Shown in pieces: positions 60,201 through 64,000 of a stretch of 64,000 bases of DNA (position 1 is its first letter; every line of letters starts with the position of its first letter). The translations under genes were made by a program, and so were the position numbers. The notes beneath the pieces are model-generated. The model searched no databases. It worked only from the letters and a program-made list of their open reading frames with translations, and was not told the DNA's origin. Origin of the DNA: Aplysia californica (Eukaryota); the NCBI RefSeq assembly GCF_000002075.1, contig NW_004797282.1, forward strand, positions 641,813 to 705,812, in the 5' to 3' direction.

Positions 60201-63200
60201 CCTATTGTTACTTTGATAGAATTCTATTTATAAGAGTCTTGAAATGAATGTGTGTTTTCTTTTCATTGCTTCATTTAAGTCTATTTGTAGTATATCAGAT
60301 ACACTCCCATTGCCTATGTAGTATTGAAAGATTACTGTATGATCTATTATCTCATTTTTTGTCTTCTCTGTTACAGCCATCCCAGATCTACTCTGCTCAG
60401 AATGCCATTTTTGTTCGGAGAGACTTTGGTACCCTAAGTTCTCTCACCAAAGCAAATACAGGTTAGAGCATATCCTACTCTTTGTATATATGACCAAGGA
60501 TTTTATTAAGAGCACTTTCTGCTATTAGATTATTGCCAAAACTAATCCAATAGGACGAATAAGTTTCTGTTCATGCCCAAAATGTAATCAAGAGCACATT
60601 CTACTCTTTGTTGATGAACAAAACAGCTAAAAAGCCGTCTTCTCTTTTTCATGATGTAAGCATAATGTCAGGACACTCCTCTCTTTTTAATGTTTCCAAA
60701 GAAGCTTTTCCAAAAAGGTATTGTTGGCTGTTTATTGTTACAGCATAATCAAGTGAGCATTCAATTTTTTTTTAGAAACGGTTGCATAATGAAAATGTAT
60801 CTAATTTCTAAATATATTCCATTTCAGACAAAGTCTAAAGAGCTTCTGGCACTGTTTTGATGTTTAATTTCATTATTGTCTTTCTTTTTTTTTTGAAAGC
60901 CTAGAACAAAGTGGTGATCATTTTGAATTTTCCATCTTTTCATCTATGGCCTTGGTCTCTGATTCCGATCTCTTTTCTCTCGCAGACACTGATGCTCCGC
61001 CCCTTGCCAACAGAGATGTAAGGAACCTAGTGATATTGACAGAGCTCCCCTTTGTTGTTCCCTTCCTGGAGAGAGTCAAGGTCAGTCATTCTTGCTAATG
61101 AAATACGCCTAGAAAAATAAAAGTCTTTTAACAAAGGATTTATATACACCAGAAAAATAAAAAGACAAAGCAAAGAACCTATATACACCTTGAAAAATAA
61201 GACAGTCTTTTTAAAGCAAAAAACTTACATAAATTAATGCCTTAGAGAATTGAAGCGTCTTCAAAACTTGCTGTAAAAATATTTAACGGGGCTCGCGGGT
61301 CTGGTCTAGGGCCTCAGAGACTGATTTTCACTCACTCTGAGCGCTTTTTACTTTTGTTTGTTTACGATCCCTCATTCAGTCTAGATTATATTGACACTAG
61401 TCACTAAGTGATTAACATAAACAGAATTCATATTTTATTGGGTTCTACGTTGTGTACTTACATGTTCGACGTTTATCCTTGTTTTTCTCAAAACACACTT
61501 TTTCACCACTTTTTGCTTGCGTATGCTGGTTGTTTTTCTCCTCCATTTTTAAATTTTACAACACAGAGACTTGAAATTTGGCTTTATAGTTAGAGGTATG
61601 GTTTGTACTTGTAGTGGGCTGGTTAGTTTTTTACATTTTGCTTTAGAATTATTTTTACAATTTTTTTTCCACCCCAAAAATATTTTAAAAAAAATCAAAT
61701 TCCATATCCCCAACTTTGAGCTCAATTTTGGATACTTTCTAAGTATAGTATCAAAAATCAAAAATACCCAGCTGCAGGCACCTAATTATTTGTGACATTT
61801 TGCAAGTTACAGAATTTGAAAAAGTTAAAAACTGTAGGAATGGTGGAGAAAAAATAATTTCTATCCAAATTTCAAGATGGTCCCCGTTTCTATGGCTACG
61901 ACTTACATAATCAAGTGTGTCAGCGGTTGAACATGAATCTTTTGTCTAAAGTTGTTTCAGTGTGTATTTAGTTTAAGATGTTGTCCCATAAGTATCAAGC
62001 CCCCGTAAAAAGAAAAGGGAATGGAATGGAACAAACAAAAAATTTAGCTACCATTATTGGATTGTTCATTTCACTGAAGTTACTGCCATCTTTCTGAAGT
62101 TTAATAATGTCTTTCCTGGAATTCTGGTCCTGTGAATTTTTAAAAGTTGCGCATGAGCATTGACAGTAGGTGGGTGGTTGGCGGGTGCTCTGGTGTGGTT
62201 TGCTCCTTCTTTTCTGTCAAACATCTATGGTCCTGATCTCTCCTTCTTTTTTTATGTTTGTTACTCTCTTGTAACACCTCTAATCTCCTGCATTTATATG
62301 ACCTTATTGTGTTGCAAGTGCCGTAAAACTCTTACATTGACAGTTGCTGATCATAGCATGAATGTTTCGATTTCTTGCGCTTTCAGATCCTTCAGAACTT
62401 GATTGTTGTGGACAAGCAGGACAACCAAGGGGAGCTCACCAATTTCGGCATAGGCCCTTCTATTGTGATCAGCATCAGGAGAAACTTCATCTATGAGGAT
62501 GCTTTTGAGAAATTATCTCCTGAGAATGGTGAGTAGTGAGTTGTTGCTAACACCTGTTGTTTTGTTTATGTGTATGTGTAGTTCAGTTTGAGTTTTTTGC
62601 CTAAAGCATGTTTTGTGTGTTTGTTAAGTAGTGGAAAGAACATTCCGGTTATTATGTCTTTCCATTTGTTTTATCAGGTAATAATGCTGTGCATGTATGT
62701 GACATTGAAAGGAAACATTTGGAGGGGGGGGGGTGTAATGCTCTAGAGAGTTTGGTATGTTAATTTTTTTTTATTTTAAGGGTTTTTTTTTCTCCTTTAG
62801 GTGTTTTTGAGAGAGTGTGTGTGTGTGTATGCTTATTCAGGGAAATACAAAATAGAAATTACATTCCTTTTACAGCACATGATTGCAGTTTTATGTTCTT
62901 ACTTAGAAATTGTTAATCTATTTTATTTTTTTTTCGTTCTTTCCAATTCATGTTCTTATATATGAAACTACTTGCCCTCAAAGTGGCTTTGGCTTCTTTT
63001 CTCGGTGCACAAATGATTTCATAGTTTTTTTTTCATCAGAGCCTAATCTAAAAAAGAAGATGCGCGTCAGCTTACTCAACGCAGCAGGACTGGATGAGGC
63101 TGGCATTGATGGTGGTGGAATTTTCAGAGAATTTCTGTCTGAACTGTTGAAGACCGGATTTGACCCGAACAGGGGCTTCTTCAAGTACACGGCTGACCGC

Positions 63201-63284
63201 CTGCTGTACCCTAACCCAGACTCTGGGAAATTGGTGGAAAATTTTTCTTCTCATTTCTACTTTTTGGGCAGAATGCTGGGCAAG
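36244..63284 (+). CDS. UBE3C: HECT E3 ubiquitin-protein ligase UBE3C, 5' part (19 exons, 828 codons; continues beyond the window)
   Basis: Exons 36244-36309, 42357-42410, 42701-42775, 43463-43594, 44475-44587, 45984-46144, 46928-47081, 48526-48794, 51235-51374, 51738-51922, 52282-52368, 56366-56520, 58259-58392, 58809-58895, 59771-59875, 60377-60461, 60986-61080, 62387-62528, 63040-63284. Phases are consistent. N-terminus [20 protein letters not shown]; IQ motif IQSYYRGF; [12 protein letters not shown]; [14 protein letters not shown]; [20 protein letters not shown]; [14 protein letters not shown]. Confidence 0.95.
36682..36835 (-). repeat. Gypsy 3' LTR
   Basis: 154 bp direct repeat of 40770-40937, adjacent to the polypurine tract. 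Confidence 0.9.
36990..40080 (-). pseudogene. Gypsy pol (PR-RT-RH-IN), frameshifted
   Basis: ORF fragments 39671-40189, 38188-39555, 37306-38052 and 36890-37321 carry consecutive pol domains in different frames. Confidence 0.9.
40075..40640 (-). pseudogene. Gypsy gag, decayed
   Basis: [36 protein letters not shown], and a degenerate CHCC knuckle [16 protein letters not shown]. Confidence 0.8.
40770..40937 (-). repeat. Gypsy 5' LTR
   Basis: 168 bp, followed on the minus strand by the tRNA-Trp PBS. Confidence 0.9.
40956..41100. repeat. Short GC-rich inverted repeat (MITE-like)
   Basis: GTCAGGGGGGCAGTCCCCCCTGAACCCCC ... GGGGGTTTCAGGGGGGCTCGCCCCTCTGAC. Confidence 0.55.
43724..43964. mobile_element. 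MITE, copy of 17292-17526, with an AAAT 4-bp TSD (Sola1-like)
   Basis: AAAT|GGTGGCTTTTAAGGACAAG ... CTTGTGCTTAAAAGCGACA|AAAT. Confidence 0.7.
47712..47780 (+). mobile_element. Diverged 5'-end fragment of the 52422-55759 hAT-like element
   Basis: CAGGGTGTCCAGC..GTTGTAAAGTCGTTAAAAAGTTGTAAATTCAGGGCCCTGGTC aligns with 52422-52490. Confidence 0.75.
48912..50000 (+). mobile_element. Relic hAT-like transposase 5' part (Zn finger) interrupted by a TTAA MITE
   Basis: Translation joined across the insertion: [43 protein letters not shown]|[12 protein letters not shown]. Boundaries are approximate. Confidence 0.55.
49310..49903. mobile_element. TTAA-specific non-autonomous element (Kolobok-like)
   Basis: TTAA|GGGGGCTC ... 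GAGCCCCC|TTAA. Longer copy at 61287-62004. Confidence 0.8.
51005..51185 (+). repeat. Retroposon 3' end, family B (copies ~21240-21785, 50660-50822, 59040-59220, 62168-62335)
   Basis: GTGCTCTGGTGTGGTTTGC..ATCAAACATCT..GTTACTCTCTTGTAAC..ATGACCT..GTTGCAAGTGCCGTAAAAC-(ACTAAA)n. Confidence 0.8.
52422..55759 (+). mobile_element. hAT-like DNA transposon with a 6-bp TSD
   Basis: Perfect 14-bp TIR CAGGGTGTCCAGCA. TSD GGTTTC at 52416-52421 and 55760-55765. Subterminal GT(C/A)GTAAA repeats. Single long ORF. Confidence 0.92.
52954..55047 (+). CDS. hAT-like DDE transposase (697 aa from the first ATG)
   Basis: Uninterrupted ORF. Zn-finger-like N-terminus (..VC..H..H), FDES (D, 53581), ISMDGPNVN (D, 53773), CGLH (CxxH), [14 protein letters not shown] (E, 54577), and a Lys/Glu-rich coiled-coil tail. 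Confidence 0.88.
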   Translation: MGKCYFNREWLKDDRFAEWLGQVPNNPGLFFYRVCKQQGSIGTNGVKALLSHSKAAKHRSSLQAANESHVMFSFVKSKDVFTNSKSQTQAQSTDDTTQQPSQPQKSTTKTSTTETVAKSGTLDAHICDEKTLMAEVRWVLHLVGSHSSARSSDDVSELFPVMFSDSRIAQQFQCGRTKAGYLAAFGLAPVLLEEIEKQIRGVHCYTILFDESFNSELQKKQMDVHVRFVLDHVVQSKYYTSFFMGHAKAVDIEKNIKDAVGKLGNERLLQISMDGPNVNLKVFKDLSVELEKTKKCQLVNIGTCGLHVLHNACKDGMKASGWELDSLLRSVYYLFQESPARREDFFKITGSATLPLPFCGHRWLENKGTVERLLSVLPQIKKYINACKDGQASEPLCKSYKTICSFTTIKSKSVSDRDVLTVRLDFKKMCTHVIAKIVDKSPIAYKFACDLTCLNPRNFTCTGASERFADVAKYLHVKRWLSAEEVDDAIFQFQELRKLYEDDGEVVRLDEVFKRIDLTSMPALRKVINIILTLSHGNAEVERGFSVNKEVSVENMAEKTIIARRVVCQFIKSHGSPATVPLNKALLTSCSGAYKTYKAALDEQREMKKMGEKTNGKKRKAEDLKKMNCKRKKLELNIDMLVRKADEMAEEAETCRATKAHELIVQSNAIRKESKAKKMELSELNTSIKALECELEL
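57470..57890. repeat. AGATCT/TCTAGA-rich low-complexity array with an internal duplication
   Basis: Many (AGATCT)n runs. ATGGAGGATTCATATTCCAATT is duplicated at ~57518 and ~57783. Confidence 0.7.
61287..62004. mobile_element. TTAA-specific non-autonomous element, longer copy of 49310-49903
   Basis: Aligns throughout and has an extra ~120-bp internal segment. Confidence 0.8.
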
Positions 63285-64000
63285 GTATCATTCATTAATT
63301 GTTGTTTTTTAAATTGTAATTATGTCTTTTTTTTTCCTCTCTCCCCATCTACAAGTATAAGTTTTCGTCCTTTTGTATGCATAATCGATCCTGTCTGATC
63401 TCATGCCTCTTTGCAGTACCATTTTGGCTTGTTGTCTTTCCATTGTTTGGAGGAAGAATAGGCTATGTTGAAATAATAGAATCCTTTGCTTCCTTCAAGT
63501 ATTACCGGTACCCTGATGTTCCATGGTTGTAATGATGGGGGGGGGGGGGGAATGAAAAAGACAGACTGACTGACTGACATACAGGGGGAAGTCTATGTGC
63601 TGCCTCAGTTTTTTTAGCGCCACTACTCTGTCCTTTCTAAAAAGGGGCGGGTTTGGTCATTCTAAAGAGAATTCACTGTTTATTTCTTCTTTAAATTGAG
63701 CTGTGATACACTTTATAACTTCACATGGGACACTTTCTCGCTTATTAGTGGATCAAATGTTATCAAACAAGCATAGTAAGGACTCTTAAGATCCTCAATC
63801 AAATTTGAGAAAAAAATTTAGTTTCCATGGATAAGGCAGTCATATTGGATTTTGTTGACATGTCTTACGTAATTAATACCTCACTTATTTTTCATGGAAA
63901 TAATAATTTTTTTTCATGCATCTTGGCAAACAATAGATCTGCAAATCTGAGGGATGAAATTTCCCTAAACATACTAGAAAATTTTTCATGAATTTTTTCC

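Overview
Eukaryotic (metazoan) genomic DNA with two assembly gaps. The repeat landscape suggests a mollusc or other lophotrochozoan, but that is an inference. I reconstructed three spliced housekeeping genes by hand with consistent exon phases: NADK2 (+, 9 exons, 844-17771, 464 aa), DPH5 (-, 8 exons, 35861-24007, 286 aa) and the 5' 19 exons of UBE3C (+, 36244 to beyond 63284; HECT domain cut by the window end; one GC-AG intron). DPH5 and UBE3C are head-to-head, with ATGs about 380 bp apart. The introns are rich in transposons. (1) A decayed Merlin/IS1016-like transposase in NADK2 intron 1 is split by two nested insertions, a long-TIR foldback element (8-bp TSD) and a Sola1-like element (4-bp TSD); removing both restores the reading frame at each junction. 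(2) A full-length, decayed CsRn1-type Gypsy element sits in UBE3C intron 1. (3) A 3.3-kb hAT-like element with perfect TIRs, an atypical 6-bp TSD and an open 697-aa ORF sits in UBE3C intron 11. There is also a tRNA-derived SINE, Ingi-like and RTE LINE fragments, and many MITEs. I see no convincing new biological system; the best leads are transposon-related. Most short ORFs in the supplied track are spurious.
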